Shown: positions 1-9,307 of the stretch, piece by piece
Position numbering within the stretch: the stretch's first letter is position 1
Layout of the letters: the number at the start of each line of letters is the position of its first letter
NCBI GenBank assembly: GCA_043808425.1
Contig: JAZDEW010000064.1
Location: 11,772-75,771 of the forward strand
Length of the DNA stretch: 64,000 nucleotides
Direction: 5' to 3'
Origin: Candidatus Omnitrophota bacterium
GTDB lineage: Bacteria; Omnitrophota; Gorgyraeia; Gygaellales; Profunditerraquicolaceae
Notes under the pieces: model-generated
What the model was told of the DNA's origin: nothing
Seen by the model: only the letters and a program-made list of their open reading frames with translations
Database searches by the model: none
Translations under genes and position numbers: made by a program

Positions 1-1464
1 CCCCTTAGCCACAACTTCAAAAGTACTCTTCTTAAAAGGTACCGTAATCTGCCTCTTTTTCTTCATAGAAAAATCAAGGCCGCCCATGGCTTTAATAATA
101 TAGGGACTTAATAAATATCCGCGATTTGCAAACACCGCCAACATATTCGCGGCTTGTAAAGGGCTAACCAGGCAATCACCCTGGCCAATGCTTAAATTTG
201 CCGTGTCCCCATCGAACCAGCTCTTAAATTTATTCAGCTTTCTCCATAAAGGAGAGGGGATAAAACCGCTAGTTTCGCCAGCCAGCTCAAAACCTATTTT
301 TCTGCCAAAGCCTAATTTTAAAGCATAATCATAAATATTCTGCGCGCCTAGAAGTAAACCTGTCTTATAAAAAAATATATCGCAGGAACGGGAAAGTGCC
401 TGGAAAATATCCACTGAACCATGCACATCCCAACATTTAAATCTCCTAGCCCCCACCATGGTTGAGCCCTGGCAGACAAAAGTCGTAGAAGTATTTATTT
501 TTTTTAATTCCAGCCCGGCGGAAGCCACTACCATTTTAAAAACCGAAGCCGGCGGAAAGCTTGATCCGATAGCGCGGTTGATTAATGGCGCGCCGGGATC
601 ATTAAAAAGCGCGGAAATAATCTTAGCGCGTTTATACACAAAAACCTCCGGATTAAAATTCGGATAACTCGCCAAGGCCAGAATTTCTCCACTAAACGGT
701 TCCATTAAGATTACGCTGCCTTTTCGACCATTTAATTTTTCTTCGATAATCTTCTGAATTGATAAATCCAAGGTCAATACAACATCTTTACCATTACGCG
801 GAGGTTGAAAACCCAAAACGCGCATAAATTTTCCCCGGTGATTTACTTCAACCGACAGCCCTCCCTCTTCCTGCCGCAGATAATAATCATATTTCTCCTC
901 TACCCCGCCAAATCCGACAATATCTTTAGTTTTATAACCATAATCTTCTAATTTGGTTAAGCGCCAACGATCAATCTCGTTGACATAACCAATCACATGC
1001 GCGGCTAGCGGGCCATACGGATAATGACGCAATGGCTTAGGTGTAACAATAATACTCGGTTGTTCACTCTTCTGTTCACCTAATAAAATTGCATCTTTAA
1101 GCTTAATATTCGTCGCCACGGTAACCGGCACGCTGGAAGAAATAAAATTCCTTTTAAATGTCGCCCTCAACTCTTTAACTTCTACGCCTAAAATACGGCT
1201 AATCAAAGTTAAGACCTGATCAAGATGGTTTAGATCTTGAGAAATAATCATTACATCATAAGAAATTTTATTATCCACAATAATCTCGCCGTGGCGATCC
1301 AGGATATTGCCTCGGCTACCGAATTGAGATATCAACCGGATACAATTTCTATCACTAAGGCGCCGAAACTTAGCCCCTTGCCGTATCTCAAGGTTTAAAA
1401 GCCCGAAAATTAAAACACTAAACATAATAATAATAAATAAATTTAAAATATTTCTTCTTTCCAT
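1..1464 (-). CDS. mrdA: Penicillin-binding protein 2 (3' end runs off the window)
   Basis: Absent from the ORF track because it is truncated. Manual translation from ATG at 1464 gives MERRNILNLFIIIMF..., RGNILDRHG, PPASVFKMV (SxxK) and RSCDIFFY. Lies downstream of mreD. Confidence 0.93.
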   Translation of the reverse strand, partial: MERRNILNLFIIIMFSVLIFGLLNLEIRQGAKFRRLSDRNCIRLISQFGSRGNILDRHGEIIVDNKISYDVMIISQDLNHLDQVLTLISRILGVEVKELRATFKRNFISSSVPVTVATNIKLKDAILLGEQKSEQPSIIVTPKPLRHYPYGPLAAHVIGYVNEIDRWRLTKLEDYGYKTKDIVGFGGVEEKYDYYLRQEEGGLSVEVNHRGKFMRVLGFQPPRNGKDVVLTLDLSIQKIIEEKLNGRKGSVILMEPFSGEILALASYPNFNPEVFVYKRAKIISALFNDPGAPLINRAIGSSFPPASVFKMVVASAGLELKKINTSTTFVCQGSTMVGARRFKCWDVHGSVDIFQALSRSCDIFFYKTGLLLGAQNIYDYALKLGFGRKIGFELAGETSGFIPSPLWRKLNKFKSWFDGDTANLSIGQGDCLVSPLQAANMLAVFANRGYLLSPYIIKAMGGLDFSMKKKRQITVPFKKSTFEVVAKG

Positions 1465-1467
1465 GAT

Positions 1468-1956
1468 TTAATAAAAACTCAGTAAGTATGAGGAGATCTT
1501 TTTTGTAAGCTTAAAAATTAAAGGTGATAAGGCCGTTGTATAAATACTAACAATTATCAAGTTGCGTAAAAAAATGCCTGGCGGCATAATATTTCCGGTC
1601 ACCACGCTTTGCAGCCCAATGATAAGATTATTTAACAAGGCTACCACCAAAACTATTGCCCAACGCACATAATCATTTTCAGTAGATATCTGACGGTTGA
1701 GCCGATATAACAAATAACTCCAGATGCTAAAACAAACTGTATTTATTGCCAGCGTCCAAGGCAGGAATACGTCTTTAGCCAATCCGGCTAGTATACCAAA
1801 TAATAAAGCGGTCTTAAAATCCGTATAAAAAACTAAAGCAATCATAAAAATCAACAAAAGGTCTGGTTTACAATAAAAAAAGTTTAAAAAATTTGGCCAT
1901 ACTAATTCTAGGGTAACTAGAATTAGTATGGCCAACAAAAAAAATAACTTTTTCAT
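1468..1956 (-). CDS. mreD: Rod shape-determining protein MreD
   Basis: Hydrophobic 162 aa protein with KPDLLL and GLAKD motifs; between mreC and mrdA. Confidence 0.88.
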   Translation of the reverse strand: MKKLFFLLAILILVTLELVWPNFLNFFYCKPDLLLIFMIALVFYTDFKTALLFGILAGLAKDVFLPWTLAINTVCFSIWSYLLYRLNRQISTENDYVRWAIVLVVALLNNLIIGLQSVVTGNIMPPGIFLRNLIIVSIYTTALSPLIFKLTKKISSYLLSFY

Positions 1957-2726
1957 GGAATAATCACCAATACCTCTTCAAGGCTGGCAAGATCCACAAT
2001 CGGCTTAATCAAGGCATAGCGGTTAAGTCCGGAAAACTCTCGTTTGATATTTACCACTCTGCCTACAAGCAAGCCCTTAGGATAAATCTGGCTTAATTCC
2101 GAAGTAATAATAATATCCCCCGCTATAATCTGGGCCTCATCCGGAAGATAGCGCATAATTAAATTAGTGCCCAAGGTCCCGCTAACCAATCCTTCTTGCC
2201 GACTGCGCTGTACAATGCTAAAGATGCCTTGATTAGGATCATTAATTAACTGCACCTTACTAGTGCTATCCGAGCTTTCTACTATTCTCCCCACTAATCC
2301 CTCAGGGCTAATCACCGCCATTCCAGACTTAATTCCGCTATATCTACCTTTATCAATAATCACGCTAGAAGACCAGCTATCCGGCGAGTGGCCGATAACC
2401 CTAGCGGCCACCAGGCGTAAAGAAGATTTCTGTTTAAAAACAAATAAATTATTAAGCCGAATATTTTCCTGGCTAATCTCGCGTAGATCAAACAAACGCC
2501 AACGTAACAAACTAATATCGTTTTGTAATTTTTCCGCTTGAACCATATTACGATGATAAAAAATAATACCGGAGATTTCGTGCTTAATTAAACCAATAAG
2601 AGAAAGATGGGGTTTGAATATTTTTTGCGCTGGATTTTTAAAACAAGATAAAGAAATAGCTACCAATAAAACAAGGCCAATGGCTAGAATAAAACTAATT
2701 AAGGTTTTACGGGGTAATTTAAACAC
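1953..2726 (-). CDS. mreC: Rod shape-determining protein MreC
   Basis: N-terminal TM, coiled coil (QENIRL), IIDKG...GLVGRIV, YPKGLLVG; follows mreB. Confidence 0.95.
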   Translation of the reverse strand: MFKLPRKTLISFILAIGLVLLVAISLSCFKNPAQKIFKPHLSLIGLIKHEISGIIFYHRNMVQAEKLQNDISLLRWRLFDLREISQENIRLNNLFVFKQKSSLRLVAARVIGHSPDSWSSSVIIDKGRYSGIKSGMAVISPEGLVGRIVESSDSTSKVQLINDPNQGIFSIVQRSRQEGLVSGTLGTNLIMRYLPDEAQIIAGDIIITSELSQIYPKGLLVGRVVNIKREFSGLNRYALIKPIVDLASLEEVLVIIP

Positions 2727-2741
2727 ATTTAATTAGAAAAA

Positions 2742-2795
2742 CAGGTGACTTCACCTGGCGCAGATTGGTATTGCGCCAGTGTCGCCTCGTGGCGA
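2742..2795. repeat. Three tandem hairpins in the mreB-mreC spacer
   Basis: CAGGTGACTTCACCTG, CTGGCGCA-N9-TGCGCCAG and TCGCCTCGTGGCGA. Confidence 0.6.
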
Positions 2796-2799
2796 AGAT

Positions 2800-3873
2800 T
2801 TAATTGCGTATTTCGGTTTTAACCGGCACGGTAACTTTCTTAAGATATTGAATTTCACTTAATACAATACCTGTTCCATTAGCTACCGCCGTAACCGGAT
2901 CATCAGTGATATGCACAGGCAGGCCCGTCTCTTCAGAAATTAATTTATCCAGCCCCCTTAATAATGAACCACCCCCGGCCATAACAATCCCGTGGTCAAT
3001 AAGATCCGCCGCTAACTCCGGAGGAGTTCTCTCTAAAGATATTTTTATAACTTCCAGTATGGCACGTAAAGTTTCTTGAAGGGATTCACGAATCTCCTCA
3101 CTAGTAATGGTAACGGTTTTAGGCAAACCCGCAACCAGATCCCTACCCTTAACCTCCATACTCATCTCCTCTTCTAAAGGGTAAGCAGAACCGATTTTGA
3201 TCTTAATCTCTTCAGAGGTACGTTCACCGACCATCAGGTTATATGTTTTCTTAAGATACTCAATGACCGCTTCATTCATTTCGTCCCCACCGATACGAAT
3301 AGACTTGGAAAAGACTGTTCCGCAAAGGGAAATTACGGCAATCTCTGTAGTACCTCCTCCAATATCAATAATCATATTCCCGATAGGTTCCTGAATAGGC
3401 AGGCCTACGCCGATAGCCGCCGCAATTGGCTCCTCAATCAAAAATACCTCTCGCGCTCCGGCCCGCTCCGCAGAATCCTTTACTGCCCGCTTTTCTACCT
3501 CCGTAATACCGGAGGGAATAGCAATAACAATTCTGGGCCTGACTAAAACTTTACGATGATGCACCTTCTTAATAAAATAGCGCAACATAGCCTCAGTAAT
3601 CTCAAAATCAGAAATAACTCCATCTTTCATCGGCCTGATCGCAATAATATTTCCAGGAGTACGCCCGAGCATGCGCTTGGCTTCTTCTCCTACCGCTAAA
3701 ACATGCGAAGTTCCTCTTTCGATAGCAACTACAGAAGGCTCACAAAGCACCACCCCTTCGCCCTTAACAAAGACTAAAGTCGTCGCAGTGCCCAAGTCAA
3801 TTCCCATATCATTAGAGAAAAGACCTAAGATATAATTAATTCCTTTCTTTAGTTGCTGACTTAATTTATTCAT
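2800..3873 (-). CDS. mreB: Actin-like protein MreB
   Basis: [27 protein letters not shown]. Start moved to ATG 3873 (GGGAG RBS) because the TTG at 3930 is part of a -35 box. Confidence 0.97.
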   Translation of the reverse strand: MNKLSQQLKKGINYILGLFSNDMGIDLGTATTLVFVKGEGVVLCEPSVVAIERGTSHVLAVGEEAKRMLGRTPGNIIAIRPMKDGVISDFEITEAMLRYFIKKVHHRKVLVRPRIVIAIPSGITEVEKRAVKDSAERAGAREVFLIEEPIAAAIGVGLPIQEPIGNMIIDIGGGTTEIAVISLCGTVFSKSIRIGGDEMNEAVIEYLKKTYNLMVGERTSEEIKIKIGSAYPLEEEMSMEVKGRDLVAGLPKTVTITSEEIRESLQETLRAILEVIKISLERTPPELAADLIDHGIVMAGGGSLLRGLDKLISEETGLPVHITDDPVTAVANGTGIVLSEIQYLKKVTVPVKTEIRN

Positions 3874-3901
3874 TTTTTCTCCCAAAATTACATGATTAGA
3901 A

Positions 3902-3930
3902 ATTTTAACAGAGATTAAGCCCTTTGTCAA
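3902..3930 (-). promoter_or_regulatory. Sigma70-type promoter of mreBCD-mrdA
   Basis: Minus strand TTGACA-17 nt-TAAAAT with TG extended -10. Confidence 0.8.
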
Positions 3931-4016
3931 ATAGAATCAACACCTTATAGCTTTTCTCCTACACAGCCGTGAGAACCCAATATCATATCTTAAAAATCTC
4001 AGCCTAAACATCTTAA

Positions 4017-5450
4017 CTAATTTCTAGATAAACTTTTTAAAGTAGCCAAAAAACCGGGAAAAGACTTATTAATACAGCTAACATCATCAAGCCTAGACTC
4101 ACCCTCCGCGGCTAAAGCCGCCACCACCATACTCATGGCAGTACGATGATCTCCAAAACTTTTAAGCTCAGCCCCACAAAGCCGGCCCTGTCCATTAATA
4201 ACAATATTTTCTCTCCGGCCAGTCTTTTTTACCCGAATATCTGCTCCCATCTTCCTTAAATTAACAACCATGGAATTAATTCGATCCGTCTCCTTAACCC
4301 TAAGTTCACTAACCCCTTTAAATATACTGCGCCCTTGGGCAAAACAGGCAGCAACCATCAAAATAGGAAGCTCATCCACTAAAGAAGGTATTTCACGAAA
4401 ATAAACTGTCGTACCCTTAAGCTTGCTACTCCTTATAATAAGATTGCCCCGAGGCTCAAAATTTTCCGCCTTATGGCATTGGGCATGAGAAGACAAACCC
4501 CGCCTTGCCGGCAAGAAATCTTTCTTTAGCTTCTCAAATTTAAAAGTAACAACTTTTATTTTAGCCTGCATTCTTTTAAGCACATTGATTATTCCGCTAC
4601 GGCTAGGATTAAGGCCAACCTGCTCAATAACAATCCTGGCTTTAGGAATAATCGTAGCTAGAACTACAAAAAAAGCTGCCGAAGAAATATCCCCGGGAAT
4701 ATAAATTTCACCCGGGCTAACTAAGTTTTGGCTGGAATTTAAGGTTATGCTATTATTATTTACAGCTACATCGGCCCCGAAGATTTTAAGCATACGCTCA
4801 GTATGATCACGGGTACTTAAGCGCTCAATAACTTGAGTTTTACCTTTAGCGAATAAACCGGCTAAAAGAATCGCGGATTTAACCTGGGCCGAAGCAATCT
4901 TTAAGTGGTAGACAATGCCCTTAAGATTTCCTCCGCTGATAATTATCGGCGCATACTCTTCCTGAGCCTTAATCCTGGCAATAATCCGCGCCCCCATCAA
5001 ACGCAAGGGTACGTTTACTCTAGACATGGGCCGGGCAGAAAGATATTTACCCGCAACTATTTTAGTTTTAAAATCCATCCCGGCTAAAACACCTAAAAGT
5101 AAACGTAAAGAAGTTCCGGAATTATTTACAAAAACCGGCTGATGAGGAACTTTCCATCCTTGCCTGCCGCAACCGTTAACAAAAACTACCCCCTTCTTGC
5201 GCAATATTTTTACTCCCAAAGCGCATAAGGCATTTAAGGTAGCCAAAGAATCATCATGTACGGGAAAATTATTAAGAATGGTTTTGCCGCTAATTAAGGC
5301 ACTTAAAATTAACGCACGGTGGGCAATAGACTTATCCCCGGAAAGAGTAATACGGCCAGTCGGGATAAATTTATTCTTGATTAAAAAAGGCTGACGCGAG
5401 ATTGAAAATTTTGCCTCTAAACGATCGACGGATTTTCTAATACAGCTCAC
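4017..5450 (-). CDS. aroA: 3-phosphoshikimate 1-carboxyvinyltransferase (EPSP synthase, class II type)
   Basis: GDKSIAHR, SAQVKS, RDHTERM, ELRVKETDR, GDHR motifs; apparent ~20 aa insertion near 4465-4545. Confidence 0.96.
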   Translation of the reverse strand: MSCIRKSVDRLEAKFSISRQPFLIKNKFIPTGRITLSGDKSIAHRALILSALISGKTILNNFPVHDDSLATLNALCALGVKILRKKGVVFVNGCGRQGWKVPHQPVFVNNSGTSLRLLLGVLAGMDFKTKIVAGKYLSARPMSRVNVPLRLMGARIIARIKAQEEYAPIIISGGNLKGIVYHLKIASAQVKSAILLAGLFAKGKTQVIERLSTRDHTERMLKIFGADVAVNNNSITLNSSQNLVSPGEIYIPGDISSAAFFVVLATIIPKARIVIEQVGLNPSRSGIINVLKRMQAKIKVVTFKFEKLKKDFLPARRGLSSHAQCHKAENFEPRGNLIIRSSKLKGTTVYFREIPSLVDELPILMVAACFAQGRSIFKGVSELRVKETDRINSMVVNLRKMGADIRVKKTGRRENIVINGQGRLCGAELKSFGDHRTAMSMVVAALAAEGESRLDDVSCINKSFPGFLATLKSLSRN

Positions 5451-6307
5451 TTTGTCTTTTGCGTTACCTGATCATTTTCTTTAATCAAATCTTTTAACTC
5501 CGCAGCAAAACCAGCGGCAGACATAGCTTCATGGACCTTCTCTACTTTTAAATCTCCAATAGTCTTACCCAAACGAGATACTAAAAATTCATCACCTATG
5601 CTTACATGATCTTTGCTGCCCAAATTAATCACCGCGAAATTAAATTCTTTATTTACAATTATCACCTTACCTTCTTGGCCCTTGGCCAAAGAAGGCTGAT
5701 CTTTTTTAGCAACCTTGGCGACTTTCGTCACCGGCGCATTAATTTTCTCATCAGCCAATTTAGCTTGAGCTGGAGCAGCATCAATAGCCGACTCAGACGC
5801 TTCCGGGCTGACGATCACCTTGCCCAACTCTACGCCTCCTGCACCCGTTTCTAAATCTTTAATTTTTGTCTCCAGATCAATCTTCTGCTGTTGCATGATT
5901 TTTATTTGCTCATTAATTTTCTTGCTATCTTCCTGAACCTGATTAAGCCTTTTTTCAAGATCCTTGCGCAATAATTGCTGCTCAGAAAGTTCCGCCGTAA
6001 TCTGCCCTAACTTATTAAATGTTTCCTCATGCGCTGATTTTTCCGTAAGCAACTCACCCGCTAAAGAATCCGCCTTACTTTCGGCTTCTTGTAATTTTAG
6101 CTGAAGTTCCGTAGCCACCTTTTTAGACTCTTCGAGCTGACTAACCGTTTGGCGTTGACGATTTTCCAGCTCCATAATCTGCGCTTGAAGCTGGACATTT
6201 TGCGCATGCTCTTTTTGATATAAATAAAATACCCCCACAGCAGCTGCTAATGAAATAACAAATAATACAATTAAGACCAATAACCGGATCGAGCCATTAC
6301 GATTCAT
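5447..6307 (-). CDS. Hypothetical membrane-anchored coiled-coil protein with C-terminal beta domain
   Basis: N-terminal TM, ~120 aa heptad-rich helix, C-terminal GKVIIVNKEFNFAVINLG...GD; GAGGAGG RBS; 4 bp overlap with aroA. Confidence 0.8.
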   Translation of the reverse strand: MNRNGSIRLLVLIVLFVISLAAAVGVFYLYQKEHAQNVQLQAQIMELENRQRQTVSQLEESKKVATELQLKLQEAESKADSLAGELLTEKSAHEETFNKLGQITAELSEQQLLRKDLEKRLNQVQEDSKKINEQIKIMQQQKIDLETKIKDLETGAGGVELGKVIVSPEASESAIDAAPAQAKLADEKINAPVTKVAKVAKKDQPSLAKGQEGKVIIVNKEFNFAVINLGSKDHVSIGDEFLVSRLGKTIGDLKVEKVHEAMSAAGFAAELKDLIKENDQVTQKTK

Positions 6308-6587
6308 TTTTCCTCCTCATTTTTTCTCAACCTCCGGCGCTTGGGAAAAATAACCCTCAAGCTCCCGCGAAGGGAAAGATTGCTTTGCTTAAATTTCTTA
6401 AACCCTAACAAATATTTCGCTTACAAGTACAAAAGCACTAATAAATCAATGCGCTAATTCCTCCCAGGCTTACGCAGAAAATTTCAAAAAAATTCCTAAA
6501 CAATTAACCGGGGAGGCCCTCCTTATAAGGAAAAACTCCTTTTCTACTTCTTTCTTAGTCATTACTATAACATTGGTTAGGTAAAAA

Positions 6588-7505
6588 TCAAGAGAAATTC
6601 TTTTTAATAAATTCTAGAAATTCTAAAGGAATTTTACTGGTGAAATGTATAAGCTTCCCGGTAGAAGGATGAATAAAACCAATCTCTTGAGCATGTAAAG
6701 CCAACCGCGAAAAATTATCTCCCTTTCCATACTTAGCGTCGCCAAGTATCGGATAACCTAAGTAGGCCAAATGCACCCGGAGTTGATGTGTCCTGCCGGT
6801 GAAAGGTTTTAATTCCAAAAAGCTATAATGCTTAGAACGCTTTAGCGTCTTATAAAAAGTCTTGGCATATTTAGTATTTTGCGTAAACGAAACGGCCATA
6901 TTTTTTCGCTTTAAAGGATGCCGGCCAATGGGGGCCTCAATCACGTCTTCATCAAACTCCACCCGGCCACTAACAATAGCGACATATTTACGCTGAATGC
7001 TGTGTTGGGCAAACTGCTTGACCAATTTTAAGTGGCTGGCATTATTTTTAGCAATCACTAAAAGCCCGCTTGTTTCTTTATCTAGGCGATGCACAATTCC
7101 CGGACGGTTTTTATTTATATCAGAAAGTTCCGTAGAGCGGCCCAACAAAGCGTTAACTAAAGTATGCTCCCGATTTCCCGGAGCCGGATGCACCACTAAT
7201 CCCACCTGCTTATTAATTACCAATATATCCTTATCCTCATAAACAATATCCAGGGATATCTGCTCCGGTAAAAATTCTATTTTTTCTTTCTCCGGTAAGA
7301 AAACCCGCAAGGCATCACCCGGACTTAACTTCTGATGCGGCTTATTAACTATTCGCGAGTTTAATAGGACTTGCCCATCATGGATAAGCTTCTGAATATT
7401 TGTACGCGATAAACCTAAATTATTACATAAAGCATAATCCGCCAAGAACAAATCCAGGCGCATCTTTGTATCTTTGGCTTTAACTTGTAATAATAATTCT
7501 TCCAC
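6588..7505 (-). CDS. rluD: RluA-family 23S rRNA pseudouridine synthase (RluD-like, S4 domain)
   Basis: RLDLFL, VHRLDKETSG, TGRTHQLRVH. Confidence 0.93.
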   Translation of the reverse strand: MEELLLQVKAKDTKMRLDLFLADYALCNNLGLSRTNIQKLIHDGQVLLNSRIVNKPHQKLSPGDALRVFLPEKEKIEFLPEQISLDIVYEDKDILVINKQVGLVVHPAPGNREHTLVNALLGRSTELSDINKNRPGIVHRLDKETSGLLVIAKNNASHLKLVKQFAQHSIQRKYVAIVSGRVEFDEDVIEAPIGRHPLKRKNMAVSFTQNTKYAKTFYKTLKRSKHYSFLELKPFTGRTHQLRVHLAYLGYPILGDAKYGKGDNFSRLALHAQEIGFIHPSTGKLIHFTSKIPLEFLEFIKKNFS

Positions 7506-7560
7506 AAACTCTTCCCCGGGCAGACCTGAGCCTGTTTACCGTAAATTATTTAACCAAGGA

Positions 7561-8295
7561 TTATTTTTTCTTAATCACACGCAACCTGAAGAATACCCCC
7601 AAAGAGAGAAAAAACATCACCGAGCATAAAATCTGGAAAAGAGTTAATCCAAAAAACAACCTTGGGCTATCGTTACGGAGGAATTCAATAAAAAAACGCT
7701 TTAAAGAATAAAGAAAAAGATAACCACAGAAAATCTCTCCCGGCCAATGTTTTCTATCTTGCTTAAATCTCAAGATAACAAAAATCAAAAGCATAAGCAG
7801 CGAAGAATACAGCTGGGTCGGTATTAAAATCTGATCAAAAGCTTTAAAATATAGTCCAAATTCAGATTCCCGGCCAAAACAACAACCATTTAATAAACAC
7901 CCTATTCTGCCAATCGCCTGGCCTAAAGCAACAAAAGGAACCAACAAATCTAAGCTCCTGAGCAAATTCATTTTATGTTTCTTAATAAACAGGGCTGCCG
8001 CGCTTGAACCAAAAACTAAGCCACCGAACCAGGCCATGCCTCCATGCTGCAGCATAATGATCTCCAAAGGATACTGCAAATAGAAACGAAAATTAATGAG
8101 CACATAAAATAGCCGTGAACCTATAATACCAAAAATAAAAACATAGAATAAAAGATTGAATACCTGCTCGCTGCTCATTTGCTCTTTTGCCGCCTGTAGA
8201 GAACTTAAATAGGCGCAAACAAAAAAAGCCAAAACCAGCATCAAGCCATAAGCATAAATCGTAAAAGTCCCTATCGTGCAAATTTCAGGCAGCAT
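7561..8295 (-). CDS. lgt: Prolipoprotein diacylglyceryl transferase
   Basis: GGMAWFGG, GQAIGRIGC, PTQLY, RFFIEFLR. Confidence 0.95.
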   Translation of the reverse strand: MLPEICTIGTFTIYAYGLMLVLAFFVCAYLSSLQAAKEQMSSEQVFNLLFYVFIFGIIGSRLFYVLINFRFYLQYPLEIIMLQHGGMAWFGGLVFGSSAAALFIKKHKMNLLRSLDLLVPFVALGQAIGRIGCLLNGCCFGRESEFGLYFKAFDQILIPTQLYSSLLMLLIFVILRFKQDRKHWPGEIFCGYLFLYSLKRFFIEFLRNDSPRLFFGLTLFQILCSVMFFLSLGVFFRLRVIKKK

Positions 8296-8719
8296 TTTTA
8301 TTGAATAATAATTCCCAACTTAATACAAACGCAGCGATGGTAATCACCGAATCCGCAATATTAAAAACCGGCCAGACCCGCAGGTCCAAAAAATCGACTA
8401 CAAAACCAAAGCGCAGCCGATCAATCAAATTACCTACAGCTCCCCCTAAAATCAAGCTTAAAGACAGCTTAAATACATTTGAATTCGTTTTATTTTTTAA
8501 ATTACAGAGAATAAGCACAATCGTAAAAAGCGAAACCAGCACAAATAAAAAAAGCTGATTCTGAAAAAAACCAAAAGCAGCCCCACGATTATGCACCAAA
8601 GTCAAATTCAAAAAATTTTTTATTACGGAAACCGGAGTATTTAATTGCAGAAATCTTAAAGCAAAAAACTTAGTAAGCTGATCTAATGCAACAACGCCTA
8701 AAACGATGATCAAAATCAT
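8285..8719 (-). CDS. lspA: Signal peptidase II
   Basis: DQLTK, NRGAAFG, GNLIDR, VVDF, FNIAD. Confidence 0.96.
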   Translation of the reverse strand: MILIIVLGVVALDQLTKFFALRFLQLNTPVSVIKNFLNLTLVHNRGAAFGFFQNQLFLFVLVSLFTIVLILCNLKNKTNSNVFKLSLSLILGGAVGNLIDRLRFGFVVDFLDLRVWPVFNIADSVITIAAFVLSWELLFNKNAA

Positions 8720-8770
8720 CTCCTAAAACCCCCGCGCGCGCGCTTTTAGAAGCCTGGCAGATTTATTTAC

Positions 8771-8911
8771 CCGCCAACGCTTGGCTTCCGCCTCCGCTTC
8801 CACGAAGCTTCGGCGGATGCTTCCAAGCACATTATGCAAAGAAGTATCGGCGGATCCGCCTTTAAAATTATTTTACGACATCCGTCGCAGCACTCCTGCG
8901 CGAAGGCGATC
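8771..8911. repeat. Nested CCGCC/GGCGG palindrome cluster (REP-like)
   Basis: CCGCC..GCTTGG..TCCGCCTCCGCTTCCACGAAGCTTCGGCGGA..CCAAGC..CGGCGG followed by ATCCGCCTT...AAGGCGAT. Confidence 0.65.
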
Positions 8912-8922
8912 AATTAAAAGCT

Positions 8923-9306
8923 TTATTTCTTTTCCCTTTTCTGCTGGCATTTAATACATAACCGAGCGGAAGGAACTGCTTTTAATCTAATTTTAGTAAT
9001 GGAAGCCTTGCAATCATCGCAAATACCAAAAACACCTTCTTCTATCCTCTTGAGCGCGTCATCCAGCTCATAAAGAGATTTTCTCTCACTAGAAGCCAAT
9101 CCCAAAGAAAACTCACGATCATAATTATCCGTAGCCACATCCGCCATATGATAAGTATAACCGGAAATATCCCCAGAGGCCTCTTTTTGTGATTTTCTTA
9201 AAATATCATCGGATATATGCTTAAGATCGCCGAGTATCTCTTCTTTCTTCTTCAGCACAATCTTCTTAAAATCCTTCAAAGCGCTTTTAGAAAATTTTTT
9301 TTTCAC
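8923..9306 (-). CDS. TraR/DksA-family C4 zinc-finger protein
   Basis: HMADVATD, CDDC...RLKAVP..RLCIKC; ileS-dksA-lspA context. Confidence 0.93.
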   Translation of the reverse strand: MKKKFSKSALKDFKKIVLKKKEEILGDLKHISDDILRKSQKEASGDISGYTYHMADVATDNYDREFSLGLASSERKSLYELDDALKRIEEGVFGICDDCKASITKIRLKAVPSARLCIKCQQKREKK

Positions 9307-9307
9307 T

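Noticed and set aside
3874-3930. 19 aa N-terminal extension of MreB from TTG 3930
   Set aside because: The TTG is the -35 hexamer of a consensus promoter; an RBS supports ATG 3873.
6308-6587. Riboswitch or T-box in the long intergenic region
   Set aside because: No conserved motif of a known family recognised; needs an Infernal/Rfam scan.
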